Shown piece by piece: positions 45,965 to 55,724 of a stretch of DNA of 64,000 nucleotides (positions are counted from its first letter, which is position 1; each line of letters opens with the position of its first letter). Both the position numbers and the translations under genes were made by a program. Source of the DNA: Krischvirus LF73P4; sequence record OZ035795.1. One strand, written 5' to 3'. The notes beneath the pieces were generated by a model, which worked only from the letters and a program-made list of their open reading frames with translations, was not told where the DNA came from and made no database searches.

Positions 45965-46153
45965 ATGAGAGACATTGAAAAGATTAAACGTGAACGTGAG
46001 GAAGGCATAGAGCATTTCAAGAAAGTTCACGGAAATCACAGCAACGAAGTATTTGTGACGATCAATGTTGATGCGATGAAAAAGTTAATTCAAGAGCACT
46101 ACAAAGATCGAATAACAATGAAGCAATTAAAGTATTACGGATTAACTGAATAG
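45965..46153 (+). CDS. hypothetical protein
   Basis: 62 aa; only ORF between gene 43 and uvsX. Confidence 0.4.
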   Translation: MRDIEKIKREREEGIEHFKKVHGNHSNEVFVTINVDAMKKLIQEHYKDRITMKQLKYYGLTE

Positions 46154-46164
46154 AGGTATTAATA

Positions 46165-47235
46165 ATGTCTGTACTGGAAAAACTGAAAAAGAACTCTACC
46201 CTGAAAACTACTGCGGTACTGTCTAAATCCAGCTTCTTTAACGAAAAAACAAATACTCGCACTAAGATCCCGATGCTGAATATTGCGTTTTCAGGTGATC
46301 TTAAAAAGGGCTTTCAATCTGGTCTGATTTTCTTTGCTGGTCCGTCTAAGCACTTTAAATCAAACATGGGATTAACTTGTGTTAGTGCATACATGAAACA
46401 GAATCCTGATGCGGCGTGTTTGTTCTTTGATTCTGAGTTCGGTATTACACCCGCTTATCTTGAATCTATGGGTGTAGATCCTGATCGCGTGGTGCATGTT
46501 CCAATCAAGAACATCGAAGAACTTAAATTTGAAATCATGAACCAGCTTGAGCAAATTACCCGTGAAGATAAAGTGATCATCTTTATTGACTCAATCGGTA
46601 ACTTAGCAAGTAAAAAAGAAGTTGAAGACGCGATTAATGAGAAATCCGCACAGGATATGACGCGAGCTAAAGCACTTAAAGGCTTGTTCCGTATGGTGAC
46701 GCCATATCTGACTATGAATGATATCCCGTGCATCGCTATTAACCACACTTACGAAACGCAAGAAATGTTTAGTAAGACCGTTATGTCCGGCGGTACGGGC
46801 GCGATGTATTCAGCCAATGAAGTTTTCATTATTGGTCGTCGTCAGCAGAAAGAAGGAACCGAAATTACTGGTTATGATTTTATCCTGAATGCGGAAAAAT
46901 CACGAACCGTTAAAGAAAAATCTAAGTTCCCGATTAGCGTAACATTTAGCGGTGGTATCGATCCTTATTCCGGCTTGCTGGAATTGGCTGTAGAGTTAGG
47001 CTGGGTAGTGAAACCGTCAAACGGCTGGTATTCTCGTTCAATCCTAAATACCGAGACCGGAGAGATGGAAACCGAAGAACGCAAGTTCCGTGCTAAAGAA
47101 ACCAATAGCATTGAGTTCTGGAAACCACTTCTGACAAACGATAAGTTTAACGAAGCAATCAACGATCATTATAAGCTGGGGCAAGTGATCAGCGACGAAG
47201 CAGTTGACAAAGAAATCGAAGATATGTTAGCATAA
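46165..47235 (+). CDS. uvsX: recombinase UvsX (RecA-like)
   Basis: 356 aa; Walker A GPSKHFKS, collinear with T4 UvsX (FFDSEFGITPAYLESMGVDP, INHTYETQEMFSKTVMSGGTG, KSRTVKEKSKF). Confidence 0.95.
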   Translation: MSVLEKLKKNSTLKTTAVLSKSSFFNEKTNTRTKIPMLNIAFSGDLKKGFQSGLIFFAGPSKHFKSNMGLTCVSAYMKQNPDAACLFFDSEFGITPAYLESMGVDPDRVVHVPIKNIEELKFEIMNQLEQITREDKVIIFIDSIGNLASKKEVEDAINEKSAQDMTRAKALKGLFRMVTPYLTMNDIPCIAINHTYETQEMFSKTVMSGGTGAMYSANEVFIIGRRQQKEGTEITGYDFILNAEKSRTVKEKSKFPISVTFSGGIDPYSGLLELAVELGWVVKPSNGWYSRSILNTETGEMETEERKFRAKETNSIEFWKPLLTNDKFNEAINDHYKLGQVISDEAVDKEIEDMLA

Positions 47236-47246
47236 CAATGGTAGTA

Positions 47247-47269
47247 AAGGGGCTACGTGCCCCTTTTTC
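47247..47269 (+). terminator. rho-independent terminator after uvsX
   Basis: AAGGGGC-TACG-TGCCCCTT hairpin + TTTT. Confidence 0.6.
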
Positions 47270-47290
47270 ATATCTAGAGAGGATTATATT

Positions 47291-47608
47291 ATGGATAAGA
47301 AACCAACAAGTTTAGAAGAAGCACACAGCTTGATTCAAGAAGCAATGAAGACAGTTATCCAGGAACTGATAATTGTTGATGAAGAGGGAGAACATCATAT
47401 TGTCTATATTCATAATGTTGAATACGATCCAGACACTAAAGGTATTATGGTCGACTACTCCACGCCGTCAGATCGTGATGTGGTATATCCACACGTCATT
47501 AAGGCGTTAACCGCGCAGATCAAAGAAGCAGAAGAAAAGTTGAAAAAAGAAACTTTCTGGTATAAACTCAAGACCTTTGTTATGCGTGTAGTTGGGGGCT
47601 ATGTATGA
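47291..47608 (+). CDS. hypothetical protein (gene-40 position)
   Basis: 105 aa; GAGGATTATATTATG start; positional only. Confidence 0.4.
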   Translation: MDKKPTSLEEAHSLIQEAMKTVIQELIIVDEEGEHHIVYIHNVEYDPDTKGIMVDYSTPSDRDVVYPHVIKALTAQIKEAEEKLKKETFWYKLKTFVMRVVGGYV

Positions 47609-49017
47609 TTAAAACTATCTTTTCACAGTTGATTTACAATGGCGCATTCTTTACGAATGTATGGCCTCACCTTAAAGCGGACTACTTCACCGAAGACGAA
47701 GAAAAACTGATTTATAAGCTGATTAAAAAGCACGTAGACGAATATTCCAATATTCCTACGCCAACAGCATTACAGATTGCTTTAGACAAGGAGAGAGGCA
47801 ATCAGACAACATATGAAGGGGCGAAAACTCTTCTTGATTCGCTTGAGAATACACCGGAAGACCTTGATTGGTTAATGAAGGAAACCGAAAAATTTATTCG
47901 TGACCGCGCTATGTATAATGCAATGTCACGGGCGCTAGAGATTCAGGCGAACGCACAACTACCAAAAGAGAAACAGAATAAGAAATTGCCTAGTGAGGGC
48001 GCTATTCCTGAAATTATGCAGGAAGCACTATCCATTACGTTTGATTCTGATGTAGGTCATGACTGGTTTAATGACTTTGAAAAACGATTCTTGCTATATC
48101 AGACTAAGGCGAATAAGATCCCATTTAAGCTGCCGATGTTGAATAAAATCACGAAAGGAGGGGCGGAAAGAAAAACGCTAAATGTGTTGCTTGCTGGTGT
48201 AAACGTTGGTAAATCGCTTGGATTGTGTTCTCTTGCTGCGGATTATATGGAATGTGGTTATGATGTATTGTATATCTCAATGGAGATGGCAGAGCATGTC
48301 GTAGCCAAACGTATCGACGCAAACTTGCTTGACATTACATTAGATGAATTGGATAATGGTAATGTTTCTTTTGCGGAATATTCCGCACGCATGAAGCGTG
48401 TTAAGAATAAGAAGATCGGGGATCGTCCGGTTGGAAAATTGATGATCAAGCAGTATCCGACTGGTGGCGCGAACTCCAATCACTTTGAGGCGTTAATGAA
48501 TGAATTGCGACTCAAGAAACAGTTTAAACCTGATGTTGTGATTGTTGACTATCTTGGGATTTGCGCATCGTCTCGCTTGCGTGTATACTCTGAAAATAGT
48601 TACACACTAGTTAAGGCGATTGCGGAAGAACTGCGAGGATTTTTTGTTAAGTGGGATGTTGTTGGTTGGACTGCGGCACAGACTACCCGCGCTGGTTGGG
48701 ATGCTTCCGACCTTAACATGAGTGATACCGCTGAATCAGCAGGTCTTCCGGCTACAGCCGACTTTATGTTGGGTGTTATCGAAACCGAAGACCTGGCTAA
48801 AATGGGCGTCCAACTCATGAAGCAGATCAAGTCTCGTTACGGTGATAAGAACTATTATTCACGGTTTAACGTTGGTGTGAAGAAAGGCAATCAGCGTTGG
48901 TATGAAGTACCAAACCAGATCGCAGATCAGGAGAACGCACAAGTTAAACCACAAAGCGCACAGCAAGCCGAGAAACGCGAAAAACTCGACGAGCTAGCAA
49001 ATACCATGACTTTCTAA
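47605..49017 (+). CDS. 41: replicative DNA helicase gp41 (DnaB-like)
   Basis: 470 aa; Walker A AGVNVGKS, Walker B DVVIVDYLG, DnaB-family architecture. Confidence 0.9.
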   Translation: MIKTIFSQLIYNGAFFTNVWPHLKADYFTEDEEKLIYKLIKKHVDEYSNIPTPTALQIALDKERGNQTTYEGAKTLLDSLENTPEDLDWLMKETEKFIRDRAMYNAMSRALEIQANAQLPKEKQNKKLPSEGAIPEIMQEALSITFDSDVGHDWFNDFEKRFLLYQTKANKIPFKLPMLNKITKGGAERKTLNVLLAGVNVGKSLGLCSLAADYMECGYDVLYISMEMAEHVVAKRIDANLLDITLDELDNGNVSFAEYSARMKRVKNKKIGDRPVGKLMIKQYPTGGANSNHFEALMNELRLKKQFKPDVVIVDYLGICASSRLRVYSENSYTLVKAIAEELRGFFVKWDVVGWTAAQTTRAGWDASDLNMSDTAESAGLPATADFMLGVIETEDLAKMGVQLMKQIKSRYGDKNYYSRFNVGVKKGNQRWYEVPNQIADQENAQVKPQSAQQAEKREKLDELANTMTF

Positions 49018-49067
49018 TAAAATGCGCCCTACGGGGCGCTGGTGAATGATTTGATAGGAGATATAAC

Positions 49068-49703
49068 ATGATCGCTAATGCTTTACCGCCAAAATGGATC
49101 GTAAGTCGCTTTTATACTCTCAAGGAAGGTAACGCACCTGATGGTCGTCCGATCCGAGATCTGTTTCTGGAGATGACTACAGCCGAAGCACAGTTTTATA
49201 ATGATCTGACAGACGATAAGCCATTTCTCGTAAATTCGGTGGACCTCGATGGCAATGTCACATCAATCATCACACATGGTGGGGGAGTGAAAAATATTAC
49301 TTCTCTGCGTGATCACGGTTGGGAAATTGCTTGTGTATTTCCTGCGGATGTACGCGGATTCTTTGATGAGGTATCTGATATTAAAGTAAATGCACTGGAA
49401 CCATATGACGAGATCCCACCACTGAAAGAAGAAAAAGAGTTGACACCGGAAGATGTAGATAGTACACTACACCCCGACCTATTTAAGAAGATTAGCGGTT
49501 TATGGACTGTTACCCTGTATCCAACCGCATTAGGTCTAGAATTGGGTATGCCAACTTATTCTGATATTGATAATTGGACTAAGCATATTGATAAAGATGT
49601 TGAAAAACAGCGAAATAATGCTAAAATGCAACTTAAAGAGAAACGCAAAGATCTTGAACGACAACTGAAAGAAACAAAACGTTTGCTTTCTACATTCGCT
49701 TGA
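49068..49703 (+). CDS. hypothetical protein
   Basis: 211 aa; C-terminal charged coiled-coil. Confidence 0.45.
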   Translation: MIANALPPKWIVSRFYTLKEGNAPDGRPIRDLFLEMTTAEAQFYNDLTDDKPFLVNSVDLDGNVTSIITHGGGVKNITSLRDHGWEIACVFPADVRGFFDEVSDIKVNALEPYDEIPPLKEEKELTPEDVDSTLHPDLFKKISGLWTVTLYPTALGLELGMPTYSDIDNWTKHIDKDVEKQRNNAKMQLKEKRKDLERQLKETKRLLSTFA

Positions 49704-49733
49704 TCTATAATGAAACTCTAAGGAGACTATATT

Positions 49734-50111
49734 ATGAAAAATATGATTACGCCGGAAGATGTAGCATTCAAAACCGCATTCAACGGAGATATTCTTATTT
49801 TTATCGACGGTAAACACGCCGGAATGATTGAACAGGAAGGTCGCTGGGGTGTTGCTGAACTATATAACGTGGCGGGTGTAGAAGGTCATAAAACAGCACT
49901 TGTTTTCTTGTCGGATAAAGATCAAATGCGTCGAAAAATTGCTGCGCTCTATAATGAAGCAGTATATTTCTACGAACCGTTTCATCGTATTAAAACGATC
50001 TCCCGCGTGACTCGAAAAGATGTTAATGCTTGTGTTATCAAGATTGTAGAGAATCAGGATAAACTGACGAAAGACCAGATTGTTGACTTACTGAAAGAGA
50101 TTATTCTATGA
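49734..50111 (+). CDS. hypothetical protein
   Basis: 125 aa; AAGGAG ribosome-binding site. Confidence 0.45.
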   Translation: MKNMITPEDVAFKTAFNGDILIFIDGKHAGMIEQEGRWGVAELYNVAGVEGHKTALVFLSDKDQMRRKIAALYNEAVYFYEPFHRIKTISRVTRKDVNACVIKIVENQDKLTKDQIVDLLKEIIL

Positions 50112-50284
50112 TTGGATTTAAACAGTTTGTTGAAGAAAATAAACTCAAAGAAGATATGACCGCTGGCGATGCTGGCGGCAATCCTGAGAAGATCGCAGCA
50201 GGTGAAACGAGCGGATCTATTACCAATCGTGGACCTAGTGTAGCGGGTAAAGAAAAACGCAAAAAGGAGAAAGACGGTGCTTAG
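50108..50284 (+). CDS. hypothetical small protein (58 aa)
   Basis: start overlaps upstream stop; Gly/charged-rich. Confidence 0.3.
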   Translation: MIGFKQFVEENKLKEDMTAGDAGGNPEKIAAGETSGSITNRGPSVAGKEKRKKEKDGA

Positions 50285-50435
50285 TATCATCATGTTTATC
50301 GTTGGCTTGCTGTCCGCTATTATCGGTGTTGTTATTTTCGGATTATCTGGACACAAAACAAAAACAGAAAAGTTATCCGAGATCACAATGTATGTTGGTG
50401 TAGTTCTCATTCTGTTGTCGGTGGCGCTTAAATGA
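50277..50435 (+). CDS. hypothetical small membrane protein (52 aa)
   Basis: GTG after AAGGAG; two hydrophobic helices. Confidence 0.3.
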   Translation: MLSIIMFIVGLLSAIIGVVIFGLSGHKTKTEKLSEITMYVGVVLILLSVALK

Positions 50436-50635
50436 TTACGATGAAATGTCTTAAAAGCACATATGCACTTTTTGAAGCCGGAAAAGAATATGAATTTACA
50501 GAACTTGACCCGGTAGGCCGTTTTCGTGTATTCTCTTACACATCGCCAGATGGTAGTGTCTACAAATTTGGATTAGATGAGAACGGAGAGAATGAAAATG
50601 AAAGTGTAGGAACTTTCATGAAATTTGAGCTATAA
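50432..50635 (+). CDS. hypothetical protein
   Basis: 67 aa. Confidence 0.35.
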   Translation: MITMKCLKSTYALFEAGKEYEFTELDPVGRFRVFSYTSPDGSVYKFGLDENGENENESVGTFMKFEL

Positions 50636-50644
50636 GAGGTTATT

Positions 50645-51673
50645 ATGATTTACTACGCAGATTATGAAATAGCGGAAAAAGCCATATACGGCGAACGAAA
50701 TTTTAAACGGTTGCATACTAGCTCATTTACGCTGGTCTGTAGTTGTCCGATCTGCGGTGACTCAAAGAAAAATCATACTCAAGCGCGATTCCGTATCTAT
50801 ACCTATAAGGATAGTTTGCGTTGTGGTTGTTTCAACTGTAACTACAATCAGCCGTTAGGTGAATTTCTCAAACAGTATAAACCGGACCTATTCAGGGAAT
50901 GGCTTATGGAGAGACGGAAGGAACAAGGCGACCACAAGAACACCACGTTCAAGCCACTGAAAAAGGTAGAAAAGCCGGAGATTAAGAAAGTGCAAACATT
51001 GCCTTTCTGCGAGAGATTAGATACTCTTCCGGCTAATCATCCTATAATAAAGTATGTCAGTGATCGTTGCATCCCTCACGATAAATGGGATCTTCTGTAT
51101 TTCACGAGAGAATGGCAAAAGGTAGCAAATCACATTAAGGCTGATACTTTCAAGAACCCACAACCTGAACCGCGTTTAGTGATTCCTATCTTTAACCGCG
51201 AGAACAAGATAGAATCCATTCAGGGGCGAGCATTGAGAAAGGATTACGGAAAGACCAAATATATGACGATTAAAACTCATGAGTTAGCGAGTAAGGTCTA
51301 TGGTCTTGAACGCGCCGATCCGAGTAAGCCAGTGTATTTCTTAGAAGGTCCGATCGATTCATTGTTTATTGATAACGGGTGTGCAATTACTGGCGGTACT
51401 TTGGGATTAGATGAAATACCTTTCCCAGACCAGCGAGTGTTTGTACTTGATGCGGAACCACGGTCTGCCGATACAATGCACCGACTGGAAAAGTTTATCA
51501 ATGCAGGGGAAAAGATTGTATTGTGGGACCGTTGCCCGTGGCATTCTAAAGACGTTAACGCCATGATTCAGGACGAGGGCGCTACACGCGACCAGATCAT
51601 GGAATATATCAAAGAGAACACCGTACAAGGTCTGATGGCTAAAATGCGGTTTATGAAATATTGTAAATTTTAA
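50645..51673 (+). CDS. 61: DNA primase gp61
   Basis: 342 aa; N-terminal zinc ribbon CSCPICGDSKKN...CGCFNC, central Toprim-like acidic motifs; same size as T4 gp61. Confidence 0.85.
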   Translation: MIYYADYEIAEKAIYGERNFKRLHTSSFTLVCSCPICGDSKKNHTQARFRIYTYKDSLRCGCFNCNYNQPLGEFLKQYKPDLFREWLMERRKEQGDHKNTTFKPLKKVEKPEIKKVQTLPFCERLDTLPANHPIIKYVSDRCIPHDKWDLLYFTREWQKVANHIKADTFKNPQPEPRLVIPIFNRENKIESIQGRALRKDYGKTKYMTIKTHELASKVYGLERADPSKPVYFLEGPIDSLFIDNGCAITGGTLGLDEIPFPDQRVFVLDAEPRSADTMHRLEKFINAGEKIVLWDRCPWHSKDVNAMIQDEGATRDQIMEYIKENTVQGLMAKMRFMKYCKF

Positions 51674-51687
51674 TTAATGAGGTGAAT

Positions 51688-52206
51688 ATGTCAGAATTTA
51701 ATTCTTGTGCTGGTCTGGTTAACGAAAAAGATATTAACGCGGCTATCGCCGCATATCATCACGCTATTGCAGAAGGTAAAGATCCGTTTCAGGTGATGCT
51801 CGAAATGCAAACTGGTTTGCAGGTTGCATTATCCGAAAAATTTGATTGGGTCCCAAATCCAACTAAGCTAGAGACTTGCGGTGAAATGCTGGATTGGATG
51901 CAACGGATGGATGACGCTATCGCAGACGAAACACGAGAGCTTTACACATCGCTGGGTGGAATGTCCAATGGTAAAGATGCAAGTGCAATCTGGAAAATGT
52001 GGAAAAAGAACCACGGAGAAGCGCGAGCGCGTAAATTCTCTGAACTGTCACCGGAAGATCAGCTTGAAGTGAAATTTGAATTTGTGGACGCGATCCACTT
52101 CATTCTGTCAAAGATGATCCCGCTGGGTATTGACGCTCAAGAACTCTTTATTCTGTACTATCTGAAAAATGCTGAAAACTTCGCCCGTCAAGAACGCGGC
52201 TACTAA
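51688..52206 (+). CDS. 56: dCTPase/dUTPase gp56
   Basis: ATG 51688; collinear with T4 gp56 (DPxQVMLxMQ, PxKLETxG, SPEDQLExKFExVDxxHFxL, LYYLKNxENFARQxRGY). Confidence 0.85.
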   Translation: MSEFNSCAGLVNEKDINAAIAAYHHAIAEGKDPFQVMLEMQTGLQVALSEKFDWVPNPTKLETCGEMLDWMQRMDDAIADETRELYTSLGGMSNGKDASAIWKMWKKNHGEARARKFSELSPEDQLEVKFEFVDAIHFILSKMIPLGIDAQELFILYYLKNAENFARQERGY

Positions 52207-52213
52207 AAATTAG

Positions 52214-52242
52214 TTGACACTAATCTATAATGGTTTTATTAT
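52214..52242 (+). promoter_or_regulatory. sigma70-like promoter followed by hairpin + U-run
   Basis: TTGACA 52214-52219, 17-nt spacer, TATTAT 52237-52242; hairpin GCCTCC...GGAGGC 52243-52266 and T-run before ATG 52276. Confidence 0.5.
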
Positions 52243-52275
52243 GCCTCCCGTCGAAAGATTGGAGGCTTTTTTATT

Positions 52276-52779
52276 ATGCAATTTACACCAGAAGAACTTA
52301 ACATCATTGATGAAGTGATGAACTCTAAAGAAAATATCGATATGTCGATCCTTAATGGATTGATCGAAAAGACTGAGCGGTTAGTGCATCATGAAGCCTT
52401 GTATCGCGGTGTGAGCAAAAGAGAAGGCCGTAAGCTGGATACCTTAATTGTAGGTGATTCTTTCGTTGTAGAGCGTCCTATGAGCTTTACGCCACTGAAA
52501 TCAACAGCAGAGGACTTTGCAACCGATGTTTATGCAACAGGAAAGATTATTGCAATAAAACCTACCAAGCCTTGCATGAATTATTACGAACATGCTATTG
52601 ACCGAGTGGTGTCTAAAGAGTATGACAATCCGACTACTCGACTGTCTTTGTATGCTATGTTGGCAGATGAGCGCGAGTGCATATACAAGACAGGGACGAC
52701 CATGATCCTTGATGAGATCGAGGAAGTTTACGCGTGTAATGGCGAGCTGATAGAGATTTACAAATTTTCTTTAATTTAA
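52276..52779 (+). CDS. putative mono-ADP-ribosyltransferase (Mod/Alt-like)
   Basis: 167 aa; R-S-E triad pattern: LYRGV (Arg), SFTPLKST (S-T motif), DERECIYKTG (ExE-like). Confidence 0.45.
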   Translation: MQFTPEELNIIDEVMNSKENIDMSILNGLIEKTERLVHHEALYRGVSKREGRKLDTLIVGDSFVVERPMSFTPLKSTAEDFATDVYATGKIIAIKPTKPCMNYYEHAIDRVVSKEYDNPTTRLSLYAMLADERECIYKTGTTMILDEIEEVYACNGELIEIYKFSLI

Positions 52780-52782
52780 GTG

Positions 52783-52812
52783 TTGACAGCACAAACCAGA
52801 TAGACAATAATA
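52783..52812 (+). promoter_or_regulatory. sigma70-like early promoter
   Basis: TTGACA 52783-52788, A/T-rich -10 near 52806-52812, leader + AAGGAGAATCAATTATG. Confidence 0.5.
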
Positions 52813-52840
52813 CACACATACCAACTAAGGAGAATCAATT

Positions 52841-53596
52841 ATGAAACTGTTTGCTTTTAAATCTAACGAAGAATTGGCGCTGGTTGTTTTCCGGCTGAAC
52901 TCTATCATGGCTGGTGCTTCACGTCGCAACAAAGACTTCTCTATGAGCTTAGTCACTGTGCGTAACATTTACCGACAGACTCATTGCGCCTATTCCGGTG
53001 AGGCTTTCGGTGAAGGTGATGATGGACTCTCCTTAGAGCGCATTGATTGCAATCTAGGATATGTTGATGGCAATGTAATTCCGGTTAAACTGAAATACAA
53101 TTCTTTCCGTGGCAATCACACTATCGAATCTCTTAAAGAGATCCAGGAACTAGGAACTAACGGTAAACTTTCTGATGATGAAATTGCCCTACGTGCGAAG
53201 TACATCGAGTGGATCGAACTTAACGAGAATCGCATCAAAAATCAGGAACTGGCAATCGAAGAAAAGAAATTAGCAATCGAGCGCCACAAAAAGCACAACG
53301 AACCTGAGAAAGCAGAGGCAGTCGAGCGAGCTATTAAAAATACTCTCTTCCGTATGGAAGAACGTTATCAGAAAATTGCAGATCTCAAGCAAGCCCTTAG
53401 CGAAATCAACAAGAAAGAAGAAAAACTTAAGGCTATTGCAAACAATACCGAAGTCGTGCTAAAATATACCAGCGTTTTGATTGAATCTCTTTCTAAGTAT
53501 GAGAACTTAACGCCAGCACAAAAAGAACGCGTGAAATACGGGCTTCCGATTGATGCGTCGTGGATTGAATTGATGAAAGCGAAGGTAGGTTTATAA
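52841..53596 (+). CDS. hypothetical protein (C-terminal coiled coil)
   Basis: 251 aa; no firm motif. Confidence 0.5.
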   Translation: MKLFAFKSNEELALVVFRLNSIMAGASRRNKDFSMSLVTVRNIYRQTHCAYSGEAFGEGDDGLSLERIDCNLGYVDGNVIPVKLKYNSFRGNHTIESLKEIQELGTNGKLSDDEIALRAKYIEWIELNENRIKNQELAIEEKKLAIERHKKHNEPEKAEAVERAIKNTLFRMEERYQKIADLKQALSEINKKEEKLKAIANNTEVVLKYTSVLIESLSKYENLTPAQKERVKYGLPIDASWIELMKAKVGL

Positions 53597-53910
53597 TGCA
53601 TGTATTTGCTGTATGTTATCGTGATAAAGACGGATTCTTTCAATACTCAGTGGACGCGAAGGGTCGCGTCCTAACTTGCGAAACACATGATGCTGCGTTA
53701 GCGTCAATGTGTGATCAGATAGATTATTGTGAGAGTCTATTGGCAGGTGAACCGAAATACAAGGTTGTACCTAAACGAAAATTTGGCATAATCCGGTCTT
53801 CTGAAATTGTTCGGGATGGTATCGAATATAAAATTCCTGAATATGAAAAAGAACGGGTACGGCGAGAACTCAATACTATCTGTGTTCGCAAGGTGAGGAT
53901 TTTAGGATAA
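53596..53910 (+). CDS. hypothetical protein
   Basis: 104 aa; start overlaps upstream stop. Confidence 0.4.
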   Translation: MHVFAVCYRDKDGFFQYSVDAKGRVLTCETHDAALASMCDQIDYCESLLAGEPKYKVVPKRKFGIIRSSEIVRDGIEYKIPEYEKERVRRELNTICVRKVRILG

Positions 53911-55301
53911 TGAGCAGAGTATTAACTTTCGATATGTTAACAGACGGGCAAAAACATGCTTTTGATGTTCTAATGAAACGCATTGAACAAAAGAAGCATA
54001 CAACTGTCCGTGGTGCGGCGGGTACTGGTAAAACCGCAATGATGAAATTCATTGTTCAGGAAATGGTCCGCCGTGGTGTAACTGGTGTGGTTTTGGCAAC
54101 GCCTACCCACCAGGCTAAAAAAGTTTTGAGTAAAGCGGTAGGTCGTCAAGCATTTACTTTACATGCACTACTGCGACTAAACCCGACCAACTATGAAGAT
54201 ACTCAAGTATTTGAGCAAAAAGATACTCCTAAGCTAGATGATGTTCAGATCATCATTGTTGATGAAGCGAGTATGGTCGATAAGAAACTATTTGATATTC
54301 TCATGAAGAGTATCAACGGTCGAATTGTTGTTATTGCAGTTGGCGATCCGCACCAGTTACGACCAGTTGATCCGAGCGGTGCAACGTCGATCTCTCCTTT
54401 CTTCACGGATGAAAATTTTCAAAACGTGGAGTTGACAGAAATTAAACGATCTAATGCACCGATCATTGATGTGGCGACCGCTGTCCGTAATGGTAAATGG
54501 GTATTCGAAAAGCAGTGCGGCAACGAGGGTGTATTCCATAGCTCAACTCTGCCGGAGTTTATGAAGCATTATTTCGAAACCGTTAAAACGCCGGAAGACC
54601 TGCTAGAAAACCGTATTCTGGCCTACACTAACAAGAGCGTCGAAAAACTCAATGAAATTGTGCGTAAGCGCGTTTATAACACCGATGAACCAGTGATTGT
54701 AGATGAAATTCTGGTTACTCAGGAACCATTGATCGAATATCTGCGAGATGAACGCGGGAAGAAGATTCCCAATGTTATTTTTAACAATGGTGAGATGATC
54801 CGAGTTAAAGAGGTCATCCCGCGCGAATTTACATTACGTTGCACGGGGGTAGATCCGCAACCAGTTTTAGGCTATACTCTGAAAGTGGAAAGCGTCGATG
54901 ATGACGAAGACAAAGAAATCCTAAATCAGAAAGTCGGTTTAGATGCAGTCGGAATCACTACAGATAAACCAGATTTAGTAGAAATCAACATTCTGACAGA
55001 ACAACGTCAGAAGAACATTTTCTCTATCTATCTGAATACGGTCGCCGGACAATATCGCGAAATGAAGAAAGAGAATCCAAAATTTAAACCAGATTGGGAT
55101 TCCTTCTGGACGATGAAGCGTATGTTCTTGAATGTAAAAGCATTACCAGCTTGCACCATTCATAAGTCACAAGGGATCAGCGTAGACCGCGTGTTCCTGT
55201 ATACTCCTTGCATGTGTACAGACAATGTTGACTTTGAATTGGCAATGCAGTTATTATATGTGGGTGTTACCCGTGCGCGGTATCGAGTAGACTATATTTG
55301 A
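53910..55301 (+). CDS. dda: SF1 DNA helicase Dda
   Basis: 463 aa; Walker A GAAGTGKT, Walker B IIVDEASM, collinear with T4 Dda (KRSNAPIIDVATxVRNGKW, LLYVGVTR). Confidence 0.95.
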   Translation: MSRVLTFDMLTDGQKHAFDVLMKRIEQKKHTTVRGAAGTGKTAMMKFIVQEMVRRGVTGVVLATPTHQAKKVLSKAVGRQAFTLHALLRLNPTNYEDTQVFEQKDTPKLDDVQIIIVDEASMVDKKLFDILMKSINGRIVVIAVGDPHQLRPVDPSGATSISPFFTDENFQNVELTEIKRSNAPIIDVATAVRNGKWVFEKQCGNEGVFHSSTLPEFMKHYFETVKTPEDLLENRILAYTNKSVEKLNEIVRKRVYNTDEPVIVDEILVTQEPLIEYLRDERGKKIPNVIFNNGEMIRVKEVIPREFTLRCTGVDPQPVLGYTLKVESVDDDEDKEILNQKVGLDAVGITTDKPDLVEINILTEQRQKNIFSIYLNTVAGQYREMKKENPKFKPDWDSFWTMKRMFLNVKALPACTIHKSQGISVDRVFLYTPCMCTDNVDFELAMQLLYVGVTRARYRVDYI

Positions 55302-55311
55302 GGAAATTATT

Positions 55312-55479
55312 ATGATTATGCGAAGTATCCCAGAATTTAATGATGTGACGGTAAGCCGTCACAATGGAACTGTTACCATGTGCTTTAGATGGGGTCTATA
55401 CGGCTGGAACGTGTCCGGCGATAGTGAAGCTGCATGTATCAATAAAATGATCGAGCATTTCACTAAGCGAGGGTTTTGA
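55312..55479 (+). CDS. hypothetical small protein (55 aa)
   Basis: below track cut-off; ATG after GAGGAAATTATT. Confidence 0.3.
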   Translation: MIMRSIPEFNDVTVSRHNGTVTMCFRWGLYGWNVSGDSEAACINKMIEHFTKRGF

Positions 55480-55480
55480 T

Positions 55481-55723
55481 ATGGTTGTTATTAATAATGT
55501 GGCTAATGTAATACATCTACAATCAATTGTCGCGTGGAACCGTCAAAAGATTCATTGTGACTATGCACAACATGTAATGAATTTTAACAACAAAGTACGC
55601 GCATACATGGCAACGGAACGACTGTTAACCGATAATTACGGTAACGGGATTATTGATTGTAGCGGTTTCATTCTGGATAAAAACGATCTGGAGTTGTTCC
55701 GGCATATCGCGGAGGATATTTAA
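55481..55723 (+). CDS. hypothetical protein
   Basis: 80 aa. Confidence 0.4.
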   Translation: MVVINNVANVIHLQSIVAWNRQKIHCDYAQHVMNFNNKVRAYMATERLLTDNYGNGIIDCSGFILDKNDLELFRHIAEDI

Positions 55724-55724
55724 A

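Noticed and set aside
49024-49039. Hairpin GCGCCC-TACG-GGGCGC after gene 41 as a terminator
   Set aside because: No downstream U-tract; may be an RNA structural or processing element but not a clear intrinsic terminator.
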